64,000 bases of DNA, taken from NCBI GenBank assembly GCA_019057385.1, contig JAHQJS010000005.1, positions 64,001 through 128,000 on the forward strand, written 5' to 3'. This DNA comes from Candidatus Borrarchaeum weybense. Lineage in GTDB: Archaea > Asgardarchaeota > Sifarchaeia > Borrarchaeales > Borrarchaeaceae. Positions 51,609 to 61,176 of this stretch are shown piece by piece. The first letter of the stretch is position 1. Each line of letters opens with the position of its first letter. Position numbers and translations under genes: made by a program. Under the pieces are notes generated by a model. That model did no database searches, was not told the DNA's origin, and saw only the letters and a list, made by a program, of their open reading frames with translations.

Positions 51609-51774
51609 CACCAGAATCTAAAAAATTCTTTTCTTTTTTTTTAAGACGGTCATATGAGTTTTTTGAGAAGCTAAAATGAACTAAGAGATAATAAAATTCA
51701 AGACAACGAATGAAGAGCTGAAATAGATTATTATAAAAAAAAGGCGAAAAAGAGAAAAAATGGATCGGGATAGA

Positions 51775-52098
51775 CTATGTAACTTGTGCAATTATTGCAA
51801 GAATAGCGCCTATTATAACGAGTAATCCCCCGAGACCAAGCACAATTATACCAAAGATTAGGGCAAGTATTATGTATACCCACTCATCTAACTGATCTGC
51901 AACGCGGAGAACAATAATTATTATTCCGATAATTATTGATATAGCCGCTGCAATTAAGCCACCAAGAGCACCTAGCGAACTTGGAACACCAAGTCCGATT
52001 CCCACGAAACTCAACGCTCCTTGGACAATCATAAGGATTGCACCGACAATCACTAGTATCCATGCCGCTAATAAAATACCACCAGACGGTCTAGCCAT
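51775..52098 (-). CDS. small membrane protein
   Basis: Highly hydrophobic Gly/Ile-rich ORF; GGTGA RBS. Confidence 0.65.
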   Translation of the reverse strand: MARPSGGILLAAWILVIVGAILMIVQGALSFVGIGLGVPSSLGALGGLIAAAISIIIGIIIIVLRVADQLDEWVYIILALIFGIIVLGLGGLLVIIGAILAIIAQVT

Positions 52099-52340
52099 AC
52101 AATCACCATTTCAATATCTTATTTCAGGTTAGGATGAACCCGATTTCCTAGTATATAACTTGTTCGCATTCAAGCTTGTAGAGAACCATGGACTTAAACA
52201 AATATCATAGAAGAAATCAACTTCAAGAGAATCAAATAATAACTATTTGAACACTATCGTTTTCTAGATCGAATAAGTGCCAATAACAAAGAATAAGGAT
52301 TCTCTAAAATTATATAGAAAAAAAGGAAAAAATAATAGGA

Positions 52341-53699
52341 TTATACTTTTGGCAAGATTTCGAGCGATTTATCGATTTGTTCCTGTGGCATTTCATAGTC
52401 AACAAGGTTTCCAGCGAGATATTCTTCATATCCTTTTAAATCAAAATGACCGTGTCCGCTGTAATTAAAAGCAATCACTTTTTCTTCACCAGTTTTTTTA
52501 CATTTTTGTGCTTCTTTGATCACTGCAACGATAGCATGATTGGTTTCTGGCGCTGGAACGATCCCTTCTGTCTTTGCAAAGATCACTCCTGCTTCAAAGG
52601 TTTCTATTTGATGGTATGCAACGGACTCCAAGATACCTTCTTTTTGCAGTAGACATAAACTGGGGGCGTCTCCGTGGTATCTTAATCCTCCAGAATGAAT
52701 TGGTGGTGGGACAAACTCGTGCCCAAGAGTGTACATTTTCACTATAGGAGCTAACTTACCAGTATCTCCGTAATCGTAGGCATAAGGTGCTCTTGTCAAT
52801 GTAGGAACCGCCTTCGGCTCAACAGCAATAAATCGGATATCTTTTCCTTTCAATTTGTCTGGAACAAACGGATAAAAGAACCCTGCAAAATTACTGCCGC
52901 CTCCAACGCAGCCAAGCATCATATCAGGATATTCCCCAATCTCTTCAAACTGTTTTTTAACCTCCTGACCTACAATTGTTTGATGTAGCAGGACGTGATT
53001 GAGCACGCTTCCTAGACTGTACTTAATTTTATCGTCGTTTAGAGCATCCTCCACAGCTTCAGATATTGCTAAACCAAGGCTTCCAGGATGGTCAGGATTT
53101 TCCTTTAAAACACTTCGTCCGACCTCTGTATTATTAGACGGACTTCGGAAAACTTCGCTGCCATAAGTCTGCATTAATACGCGTCTATACGGTTTCTGGT
53201 CGTAACTGACACCAACCATATATACACGGCATTTTATGTCAAAAAGGGCACATGCGAGGGAGAGCGCACTTCCCCATTGACCTGCACCTGTTTCAGTTGT
53301 AATTTGTTCTACACCTTCTTTCATTGCAAAATACGCTTGGGCGATAGCTGTGTTGGGCTTATGACTTCCCGTAGGGCTGAGATCCTCTCGCTTATAGTAG
53401 ATCTTAGCTGGCGTATCCAAATACTCCTCAAGCCGTTTTGCCCGATATAGTGGGCTTGGTCTACCTAATCGCCTGTAAGCCTCTTGTAACTCTTCAGGAA
53501 TAGGAATGTATCTTTCTGGGGACATCTCCTGTTGTAGAAGTGCAACAGGGAACAAAGGCATTAAATCAGGAGGACCACAAGGTTCTTTCGTTACAGGGTG
53601 TAACGGAGGAGGGAGAGGGGCTGGTAGGTCGGCTAATACATTATACCATTGAGTTGGTAACTCATCAAGGTTTAAGACAACTTTTACACCATCATACAT
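52341..53699 (-). CDS. trpB2: tryptophan synthase beta, TrpB2 type
   Basis: [41 protein letters not shown]. Confidence 0.95.
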   Translation of the reverse strand: MYDGVKVVLNLDELPTQWYNVLADLPAPLPPPLHPVTKEPCGPPDLMPLFPVALLQQEMSPERYIPIPEELQEAYRRLGRPSPLYRAKRLEEYLDTPAKIYYKREDLSPTGSHKPNTAIAQAYFAMKEGVEQITTETGAGQWGSALSLACALFDIKCRVYMVGVSYDQKPYRRVLMQTYGSEVFRSPSNNTEVGRSVLKENPDHPGSLGLAISEAVEDALNDDKIKYSLGSVLNHVLLHQTIVGQEVKKQFEEIGEYPDMMLGCVGGGSNFAGFFYPFVPDKLKGKDIRFIAVEPKAVPTLTRAPYAYDYGDTGKLAPIVKMYTLGHEFVPPPIHSGGLRYHGDAPSLCLLQKEGILESVAYHQIETFEAGVIFAKTEGIVPAPETNHAIVAVIKEAQKCKKTGEEKVIAFNYSGHGHFDLKGYEEYLAGNLVDYEMPQEQIDKSLEILPKV

Positions 53700-54035
53700 T
53701 TTCAATCACCTCAAATTTTTTAGATTTCTATTTTTATTTTTCAAAAAAGTTGGAAACGAGGGGGTATCAATAGCTGTTGAAATAGTGGGCTACTGCCACC
53801 GCCAAGAATGCCAGGGATGCCAAGAAAAGTTTGAAAAGCTCAAAGCTAAGTCAATTAAAAATTCAGGAGTAAAATCTGTTGGAGTTTTATAAAAACCTTT
53901 TTCCGGGCAGGGTGGTTTAGCTTCAAGACTGAGAGAAAAGAAAAGACATTTTGTTAAAGCAAATCCCATTGGCGCAATCAAACCACCTAATCTGCCTATT
54001 TCTTTAGGCTTGTTATTTAAATCTTTCTCTGTTTT

Positions 54036-54183
54036 ATTACATTTTTCGTCCCCTGCGAGTCATCCATTCCCAACAATTGAGGCGTCGGACCTCTGAATTG
54101 GTTCAGTCTCATGCACAAGAACGTGTCCCACGTGATATACGAGGAACATACCGCCTTGTAACTCATGTATTCTCTTTCAAAGA
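54036..54183 (-). repeat. long structured repeat R3 (148 bp), putative guide-RNA scaffold
   Basis: 9 mismatches versus 55447-55594; TTTATATA box just upstream on the minus strand (54194-54187). Confidence 0.9.
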
Positions 54184-54351
54184 TTCTATATAAACACCGC
54201 GATTCTGCTAAACCAACTTTTTCTTACCACTTTTCGATCCTGAAAGCAAAGCAGAGCTGAGTTTTCTACAGCTTATTTTTATCCCTCATTAAGTTGCTTC
54301 CTGAAAAAACGAATTTTTACTGCCACTCCTCTCGAAAACAATTTAACGTTG

Positions 54352-54534
54352 TCACTTCTGTCGATTTTGCATCGCTCCCCACCTTGAAGATTTCTTCCTG
54401 TTCGTCAAATTTAACTCATGATGTTCCGCTAGGAGCCGATACAAGTTGTAACGTGGCAATAAAAAGTTGCATTCGAGGCAACAAAATGTTGTTTTAACAG
54501 ATTCAATACAATGATCCATTCTTGTCATGTTCAC
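54352..54534 (-). CDS. possible small ORF coupled to the Cas5-HD gene
   Basis: GTGA overlap with the upstream stop; no recognisable motif. Confidence 0.25.
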   Translation of the reverse strand: MNMTRMDHCIESVKTTFCCLECNFLLPRYNLYRLLAEHHELNLTNRKKSSRWGAMQNRQK

Positions 54535-55343
54535 AAACCACTATTCAAGTCGTCAAGATAGAGATTTACCATTAATAAGAGATGATTTTTCAAAGACGAA
54601 AACCCAAATTTTAACGCTTCGTTGATCTTATCAAGTGCTTGACATTTTCGAATAAAAGTATAAAGGGCATACGGGGAATATTGGCACTTTTCTATCTCTC
54701 TTTTTAATGCATCGAAATTTATCTTTTCTAGTTCAGTCACACGATAACGCGTGAACGCAGACCATCTAAATTTTCGAGAAATCATTGCAGAAAGTCTATC
54801 ATAATACTGAAGAAGAGGGAGAAGAGGCAATTCAGCCTCATCTGTATCATAGTTGTGGTGATTTTCCACAAACTTACGGACTTCTTCATCAAGTATATTA
54901 ACTTCAGAGTAGATTTTGCTCTGATGTCGATTAGTGTGTACGAAATCATGTAGTAACATAGCTATAACTAATGTTTCTTGCACGTTGGAGAGTTTAGGGA
55001 GTTTTTTACGGATCTTAATTGTTCTTGAAATATAGAGCGGATTTTTTTTGAGTTTACTAACAGAAGTCCATAAGATTTGCCCCATCCCTTCACATGTATA
55101 ACTCCCAACACTGTCAATGGCGAGCGCTTCTTCAAGTTTATATTCTGGAACGATGAACTCAACATTTCCATACCATGCCCTAAAGGTCATAGGCGCACGT
55201 CTTTGCCCTACAGTCAATTTTCCGAATACCCTAGGACGACCATTTATGGTCATCGCTCCAATATCGGCAATTCCAAAATGCCTGCGCCTTGAAACGATAG
55301 GAGTTTTTGTATAACCCATTAATTTAAAGTATTTTTGTGACAT
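54531..55343 (-). CDS. Cas5-like RAMP fused to Cas10-type permuted HD domain, copy 2
   Basis: TPIVSR, VGSYTCEGMGQI G-loop, IRKKLP, LLHDFVHT..HQSKIY, NHH, YDRLSA, SSLKNHLL; collinear with 17453-18274. Confidence 0.7.
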   Translation of the reverse strand: MSQKYFKLMGYTKTPIVSRRRHFGIADIGAMTINGRPRVFGKLTVGQRRAPMTFRAWYGNVEFIVPEYKLEEALAIDSVGSYTCEGMGQILWTSVSKLKKNPLYISRTIKIRKKLPKLSNVQETLVIAMLLHDFVHTNRHQSKIYSEVNILDEEVRKFVENHHNYDTDEAELPLLPLLQYYDRLSAMISRKFRWSAFTRYRVTELEKINFDALKREIEKCQYSPYALYTFIRKCQALDKINEALKFGFSSLKNHLLLMVNLYLDDLNSGL

Positions 55344-55446
55344 TTAATCCCCTCTTTTTAGGTCTTATCTCCTCTTGAAACAAAAGAGAGGAGATACAAA
55401 CCTTGCCAAAGTAAACGCTTTTGCAACTTTTATTAGTAAAGTGGGT

Positions 55447-55594
55447 ATGACATTTATCGTTCCTTGCGAGTCATCCTTCCCCAACAATTGAGGCGTCGGA
55501 CCTCTAAATTGGTTCAGTCTCATGCACAAGAACGTGTCCCACGTGATATACGAGGAACATACCGCCTTGTAACTCATGCATTCTCTTCCAAAGA
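55447..55594 (-). repeat. long structured repeat R2 (148 bp), putative guide-RNA scaffold
   Basis: Direct repeat of 54036-54183; internal hairpins GAGG-N7-CCTC and ACGTG-GGA-CACGT. Confidence 0.9.
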
Positions 55595-55717
55595 GATACT
55601 ATTATTAATATAGTACACGTACAGGCGTCAAGAAGGAAGGAGAGGATTAACCTCTCCCTAAAGTAGGACGGTGTTAAAGCAACATCCGTTGGCGCAATCA
55701 AAACCGCCTGTATTTTG

Positions 55718-55806
55718 ATGACATTTTTCGTCCCCTGCGAGTCATCCTTCCCCAACAATTGAGGCGTCGGACCTCTAAATTGGTTCAGTCTCATGCACAT
55801 GAACGT
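55718..55806 (-). repeat. repeat R1 (89-bp core of the long repeat)
   Basis: Near-identical to the minus-strand 3' 89 nt of R2 and R3. Confidence 0.9.
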
Positions 55807-55868
55807 ATCACTCACAAAAGTAAGTGATAGTCCGTTATGAGATGAGAAAAAAGAATGAGATGGAGTTA

Positions 55869-56687
55869 TCATGCAGTCACCGTTTCTTCGTTTTGTTCGT
55901 TTTGTTCGCTAAAATTCAAAGAATCCCTCCAATCCTCGATATTACTGAGAGAGATAGGTTTTTCAGTTGCTTTTTCGACAATTTTATAATTTCCTTTGTT
56001 ATCTTCCGCGACATTGCGAGTAGTTTCGATCTTCTGGAGGTCGAAATTGAAAATCGTGACGCGACCATAACCACTCGCTCGTCCTGCGCCCAGAATCTCA
56101 ACATATAATAGCGATTCCATGAGAAACTTGATTTCTGTATTCGTTAATTTGGTCACATCAATGTAAAAACTGAAATAGCCGCTGAAATAACTCTCCCTAA
56201 AATCTTGGATAGCTATACCATCATAGGTGAGCGCAATTCTGTTTTCACTAGCGATATGGACTTTTTGGACTGGAACTTCAGTTAAGTATTCTTTATGTTT
56301 GATTGAGGCAATAGGATCTGCTAACACATTAATAGAAGATTTCTCGCCAAATGCACCAAAGATTTTTCGCAGAATGCAGGGAGGATCACATGTACCAAGT
56401 GCATGAAAACCAGAAGGGATGAGTCCAGTGCCATCTTTGAATGTCTCCTTTTCACTGGTATGACATACCTCGATACCGCACTCCTGAGCGAGCGCCATAC
56501 AGGCATGTCTTAGCATCCCTCGAATACCTTTGATATAATAGAATTTAGTGTTGAAGGTTTTGTCTCCATTCACATACGGAAGTTCTCCTAACAAAAGCAT
56601 GGTCGAATTTTTTTGAATCGAGGCATTAAGAGGCTTAGCAATAGGGGTAAAAGCATGAACCACTAACTGTTTTTTGATTTTTCTCAT
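55869..56687 (-). CDS. cas7: Cas7-family RAMP (Csm3-like), copy 2
   Basis: IAKPLN, KGIRGMLRH, EVCH...C...CILRKIFG, HIASENRI, LGAGRASGYGRV; collinear with 16630-17472. Confidence 0.8.
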   Translation of the reverse strand: MRKIKKQLVVHAFTPIAKPLNASIQKNSTMLLLGELPYVNGDKTFNTKFYYIKGIRGMLRHACMALAQECGIEVCHTSEKETFKDGTGLIPSGFHALGTCDPPCILRKIFGAFGEKSSINVLADPIASIKHKEYLTEVPVQKVHIASENRIALTYDGIAIQDFRESYFSGYFSFYIDVTKLTNTEIKFLMESLLYVEILGAGRASGYGRVTIFNFDLQKIETTRNVAEDNKGNYKIVEKATEKPISLSNIEDWRDSLNFSEQNEQNEETVTA

Positions 56688-56721
56688 GTTTCTAACCTCA
56701 ATTATAGTTAGTACAAGTACC

Positions 56722-56776
56722 TATATAAACCTTGCTCAAAATAAACACTTTTCCAACTTTTATTAGTAAATTGGGG
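56722..56776 (-). promoter_or_regulatory. cas7 promoter region (TTTATATA box), matched by the guide after R2
   Basis: TATA at 56729-56722, 35 bp upstream of the ATG; GAGGT RBS. Confidence 0.7.
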
Positions 56777-56780
56777 AATT

Positions 56781-56866
56781 AATTGACTTCCTTCTGAGAA
56801 AATAAGTATTTTAAACGGCTTTTAGCAAAAAAATCATTAAAAAAGTAGAACCCCCTTTATAAATAA
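56781..56866. repeat. 86-bp direct repeat, copy A
   Basis: 66/86 ungapped identity to 62135-62220. Confidence 0.7.
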
Positions 56867-57033
56867 CAACGTATTGAGACGATTTGTATTATTGTCTTTT
56901 TAAAAGAATAGTTGAACAATTTAACAAAATGAAACATTCTTGAAGATTCAAAAGGAATAAATTTATGGTCTCAACTGAACTAACACACGTTTTTAAAAGA
57001 ATATGTATACTATAACTGATTCTTAATTAAGTA

Positions 57034-60000
57034 TTAGGGTAAAAGATCCTTTACAGCAACTGGAGGACCTTTTTTCGGTGGTTTATAGATGCCTTCCAGA
57101 TGTTGAAACCGCTCATACATCAAGTGGAGAGTTTCCTTATCTGGAGCGTAGATAAAGGGGACAAAGCGCTTTTTTTCCAACAAAAAACCCTTGAGTTGTA
57201 GTGCGCACCGCCTTATAGCTTCCTTTACTGTCATATATTCTTCTAGATAGTATACCTTTTGAGCGAGTATGTTGTTAACCAATCTCTCAACTTTGTAGTG
57301 TCCATTCCAGTTAAGATGATAGAATCGTTCACGCTCTAGTGTTTTACGTCGAATGAAATCAGTTTTCGCAAATTTATCATGTATACATGCAAAGATGAAG
57401 GCGAACCTGAACAGGGGAAGAAACACCTCTCGGAAGTCAACAACAGTGCCAAGAAAAGATCTTTGTTTTTTCTTATAATGCAATATCAGTTCGTTGGGTA
57501 CCCAGGAGAACCCTGCCTCAGCGAGTGCTTTTCGACAGTAAAAGTTAAGGTGTCGATAGACAGCATTGAGTGCAGCACTAAAGGGAGTTCGCGCCTTTGC
57601 TTCCCCCAGAAGCACCACTGTGGCAATATAGCGGTCGAGGGTACGACTGATGATTTCAAAATAACTGCCCTGAAGCAAATGCTTGGGAACCTCCCAGGCA
57701 ATGCTTTCCACTACGCCTTCAAGACCGCGAAGGTTGTCAATATTGCCCCGCCAATAGAGAAACGTATACGCCACGCGATCCAGTAGTTGGGATAAGAATT
57801 CCTGTGCCTCTGCAGGAGATAATAATCCCTCTTTTTCAAAATGGAGAATTGCATTGGCGAGTCCCATATTTTTACTCATCACCAGCAACCTCGCTAATAA
57901 CTTGCCTCGTTCCGTCTCTCTGAGTTGCTGGGCGGCGTGTTTCAGTTCATCGGCTAATTGTTGTTTCTCGGGTGTCAGTGTATGCTCTACAAAGAATCTG
58001 CCTTCGGGCGAATTAATATCAATGAGTTTTTTACCATAGTTCTTACGAACCTGTTGCGTAACTTCTCCACCCTCGATGATGATGTGACGGATAGCACCGA
58101 TTAAATATCGCTGTGTTGTTTTCCCGTCCTTTAAGGAATGAGTAAATCGTTTTTTCTTAATATCAAGCTGTTCACCGCACTTGACACGGATGATTCGTTT
58201 TGGTCGTCGAATGTAAACCCTTGTTTTTTTAACCCGCGGGACATAATTTCCAGCCTTGCCTAAAAGCAATTCCAACCCTTTTAACATCAAACCTCGGCGG
58301 CCTGGTTTCACCACTAGGTCACCTTTCATGGTTAAATAATAGCGGGAATTGCATTCAGGACAGACGGTGTATTCGTTATAGCGTGACGGCAGTTCCACTG
58401 TACCGTCGGAGTTGCAGAAGTAGCATGGAGTATCATCAAGTGTTTCTTGTAAGACACGAATTGTGCGCTTTTTTAACTTCCGCGCTTTCGTATGATATTC
58501 GCAGGCACCCATCTTTGGTGCGACATAAGACTTTCTTGCTCGCCTTCCAACTTTTGTGTTATACTTACGATTCAACACGCAAATATGTGCACGTTTCGAT
58601 CTGCGACGGTCCTTCATGGAGTTTATCCGAAAGAAGCCACATGAGCCACAGGTGAGGCGCAGATGTTCAGGAAGACTCACATTCACATCTGCCACATAGA
58701 TTTTGGGGCGACCTCGTAACTGCCCTTGAGAGATAAACTGGATTTTTCCCTGGATTCCTAACCGCTTGACATGTTTAACTACCGTGGTGTAGTGAACTGG
58801 TCTTTTATATTGCTTACGAACTTTTGTCGTAATTTGTTTATAAGAAATAAGTTTATACTGTTTAATAAAGGTGTAGATTGCTTCCTGAAGTCCTGGATAT
58901 GGTTTCGGTCTATGTTTTGGATACCAGCGTCTCCTTCTGCCTTTGTTCCCTCTTTCAACTTCAGGCTCTTTGTATTCAGGATTTAGTTTTGAGGTAAGTT
59001 CTTTAGCAACCCTTGCCGCCCTCGGGTCGCTGCGCCCCAGATAGTCATAACTTGCTTCTGCGATCCATGACGCCGTCTTTCTATGTGCTTCTGCATCACC
59101 CGGTCTTATGTTTACCCGAGTTGCCGCTTCTGTGACTGAAGAACCCTGACTGAGTAACCATACGAAAGAGGTATATTGTTGGGTGGTGTATCGTGTGGTG
59201 CTGCTCACTTCATGCATGCTTCGCCCGATTAGTGTAATCACGTGCCGGGAGAATTCCCGTTCTGAGGAGCAGTGATGTGTGGCAAAAAAATTCTTGATCC
59301 TGATGGCGGTTTTAGTCGGCAGTAAAAATTGGCTGGCCCAGCGTCCTTTGGCTGTTGCACTAAACTTTCCACCATTTCTTTTGATAAAACCTTCCTTGAT
59401 AAGTGTGTGAAGGATTCCCTCTCTTTTTTTCTTCGGTTCATCCTGCTTAGGTCGAGCTAACAGTTTCTCTCTTAGTTGTTGTGTAAAGTCTTTCAACTGG
59501 TCGTGGGTGAATGGTGTCAACAGTAAGCGAAGCTCTCCATTTTTGATTCCGCGTGTAGTGGTGTTCTTCTTGACCCACATGAAGAATTTTCTCGTTACGC
59601 GTTTCAAGTCGAATGGGAGAGAGCCTTCGTGCGTTTCGCGCAATAAGGAGAGTAAATGAAGTTCGTTATTGAGCCAGCAAAGCTCCTCCTCATGAGTCAA
59701 GAGTGCGGTATTCATTAGTTCGGACCAATTCTGTAGCAACGCTTTGTGTTGATGCCAGAAGTAATGTCTTTCAAGTTTGAGGAGCAATTGTTTCGTGGAT
59801 ACCGAGCCTCTAGCTATCAGGGTGAGTACAATATCTGCCAAAGAAGAACGAGCTTGGCTTACTATACGATGTTCTTTGACTATCAATTGTCCTTCAACGA
59901 TTTGAATATCCTTTTGCTTCAAAATCTCTTGGTCGTCCCCCACGAAGATCAGATCGGCATAGCCCACCCGATGATGGCGCGGTCGTGCCGCCCTGCCGCT

Positions 60001-61125
60001 CAATTGTATCAACAGTTGAGAGCTGAACATTCCTGCATCGGCAATTATCACCCTTTTGATCGGAAAGTCCACCCCCTCTCCGTATTGAGTCGTTGATAAA
60101 AAGACCTGAAATTCACCCTTCTTAAGTTTTCTCATAGCTTTTTGTTGTTTCTCTTTACTGAGCCCAGCATGGCTGTAGCCAACGGTTAGATTGAGCCCAA
60201 AACTCTTTAGAAAGGTCTGCAATTCTTCAGCGCGTTGTTCAACCTGATTTCGTGTGTAGCAAAAGATATGCACGATTTTAGTCCGCTGATCATCGCCATA
60301 TGAGTGTAGTTCAAAGGTCTTTTTGATCAAGCGAGCGAACAGAAAGCGCTTTTTTCGTTCGATCTGCTCTATTGTGCTGCCTGAAACTCCAAAAGACGAT
60401 ACAATAAGTTTCGACCGCCGTTCTTTGGTATGGATAAGTTGAGCATCGAGCCAGCTTGCCAGTTCCTCAGCATTCCCCAAAGTAGCCGAGAGATAGATGA
60501 TGTGAGGACGAGGTCGCAACCACGCTTTCGCATTGACAATCGCGGTTTCTAGACACGTACCCCGCCCTTTGTTACCCAGATTATGCAGTTCATCGACTAC
60601 AATTAATCCTATCCTGTCTAAAAACGGATACTCGAAATGTTTGGCTAGCAGCCCATTGAAGGATTCGTAGGTGATGATGAGGATATCCGCAGTTTCAAGC
60701 TCTTCAGGAGACGGTCGGTTATCTCCGCTGACCCGGAGGATGGTGCAGATGTCGTGATACCACTCTTTGAACCTGTCATACATCTGATCGATCAGCCGTT
60801 TGGTCGGCTCAAGGATCACACAGCGCATCCCTTTTCCAAGGATGCGGGTGGACACTATTTGGGCGATCAAGGTTTTTCCAGAAGCGGTGGGAGTGTATAA
60901 CACTTTGTCATGTCTTTGCTTACCAGAAAAGCATGCCTCCCATTGAAAGTCATAGAGAAGTTTAATGTCAGCCTGTTCCAATTGTTGACGTATAAATTCG
61001 TAGTTTAACCCTCTTTTCGTCATTGTAAGGAACTGTCCCCTCAATCCCTGTGTCTCACTTATGATGGTTGAAAAGTTCTTTATAAAGAGGGCAAACCTTT
61101 GGATCACTGGCTTGATAACTGTCAC
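57034..61125 (-). CDS. Ski2/Hel308-like SF2 helicase - wHTH - Zn fingers - Cas1-like integrase fusion
   Basis: Helicase motifs PTASGKT, VVDELH, LSAT, HAGL, GEGVDFP, QLSGRAAR; Cas1-like LRGLEG, PFSAALNAVY, ILH, VVDFREVF. Confidence 0.8.
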   Translation of the reverse strand: MTVIKPVIQRFALFIKNFSTIISETQGLRGQFLTMTKRGLNYEFIRQQLEQADIKLLYDFQWEACFSGKQRHDKVLYTPTASGKTLIAQIVSTRILGKGMRCVILEPTKRLIDQMYDRFKEWYHDICTILRVSGDNRPSPEELETADILIITYESFNGLLAKHFEYPFLDRIGLIVVDELHNLGNKGRGTCLETAIVNAKAWLRPRPHIIYLSATLGNAEELASWLDAQLIHTKERRSKLIVSSFGVSGSTIEQIERKKRFLFARLIKKTFELHSYGDDQRTKIVHIFCYTRNQVEQRAEELQTFLKSFGLNLTVGYSHAGLSKEKQQKAMRKLKKGEFQVFLSTTQYGEGVDFPIKRVIIADAGMFSSQLLIQLSGRAARPRHHRVGYADLIFVGDDQEILKQKDIQIVEGQLIVKEHRIVSQARSSLADIVLTLIARGSVSTKQLLLKLERHYFWHQHKALLQNWSELMNTALLTHEEELCWLNNELHLLSLLRETHEGSLPFDLKRVTRKFFMWVKKNTTTRGIKNGELRLLLTPFTHDQLKDFTQQLREKLLARPKQDEPKKKREGILHTLIKEGFIKRNGGKFSATAKGRWASQFLLPTKTAIRIKNFFATHHCSSEREFSRHVITLIGRSMHEVSSTTRYTTQQYTSFVWLLSQGSSVTEAATRVNIRPGDAEAHRKTASWIAEASYDYLGRSDPRAARVAKELTSKLNPEYKEPEVERGNKGRRRRWYPKHRPKPYPGLQEAIYTFIKQYKLISYKQITTKVRKQYKRPVHYTTVVKHVKRLGIQGKIQFISQGQLRGRPKIYVADVNVSLPEHLRLTCGSCGFFRINSMKDRRRSKRAHICVLNRKYNTKVGRRARKSYVAPKMGACEYHTKARKLKKRTIRVLQETLDDTPCYFCNSDGTVELPSRYNEYTVCPECNSRYYLTMKGDLVVKPGRRGLMLKGLELLLGKAGNYVPRVKKTRVYIRRPKRIIRVKCGEQLDIKKKRFTHSLKDGKTTQRYLIGAIRHIIIEGGEVTQQVRKNYGKKLIDINSPEGRFFVEHTLTPEKQQLADELKHAAQQLRETERGKLLARLLVMSKNMGLANAILHFEKEGLLSPAEAQEFLSQLLDRVAYTFLYWRGNIDNLRGLEGVVESIAWEVPKHLLQGSYFEIISRTLDRYIATVVLLGEAKARTPFSAALNAVYRHLNFYCRKALAEAGFSWVPNELILHYKKKQRSFLGTVVDFREVFLPLFRFAFIFACIHDKFAKTDFIRRKTLERERFYHLNWNGHYKVERLVNNILAQKVYYLEEYMTVKEAIRRCALQLKGFLLEKKRFVPFIYAPDKETLHLMYERFQHLEGIYKPPKKGPPVAVKDLLP

Positions 61126-61176
61126 AAAATCCCCTCTTTATAAATTAATTATAACCTATTGACAGTAGTGGCAACA

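Larger units (their letters stand above)
55366..55806 (-). CRISPR. atypical CRISPR-like mini-array: R1-guide-hairpin-R2-guide-hairpin
   Basis: Lies between cas7 and cas5-HD; variable segments match other positions in the window with a 6-nt mismatch register. Confidence 0.55.

Noticed and set aside
53985-54035. Target for the segment following R3
   Set aside because: No match found by eye in this window; it may be host flank or target something outside the window
55550-55585. Twister-ribozyme-like GUUACAAG in the repeat (minus strand)
   Set aside because: I could not build the remaining twister stems and pseudoknots; an Rfam scan would settle it
53990-55870. Canonical CRISPR array
   Set aside because: Repeats are 89-148 bp, there are only three, and spacing is irregular with a gene in between; reported as an atypical array instead
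55365-55872. ORFs 55365-55577 and 55504-55872 sharing MRLNQFRGPTPQLLGKDDSQGT
   Set aside because: The shared peptide is simply the translation of the DNA repeat; no RBS or protein motif
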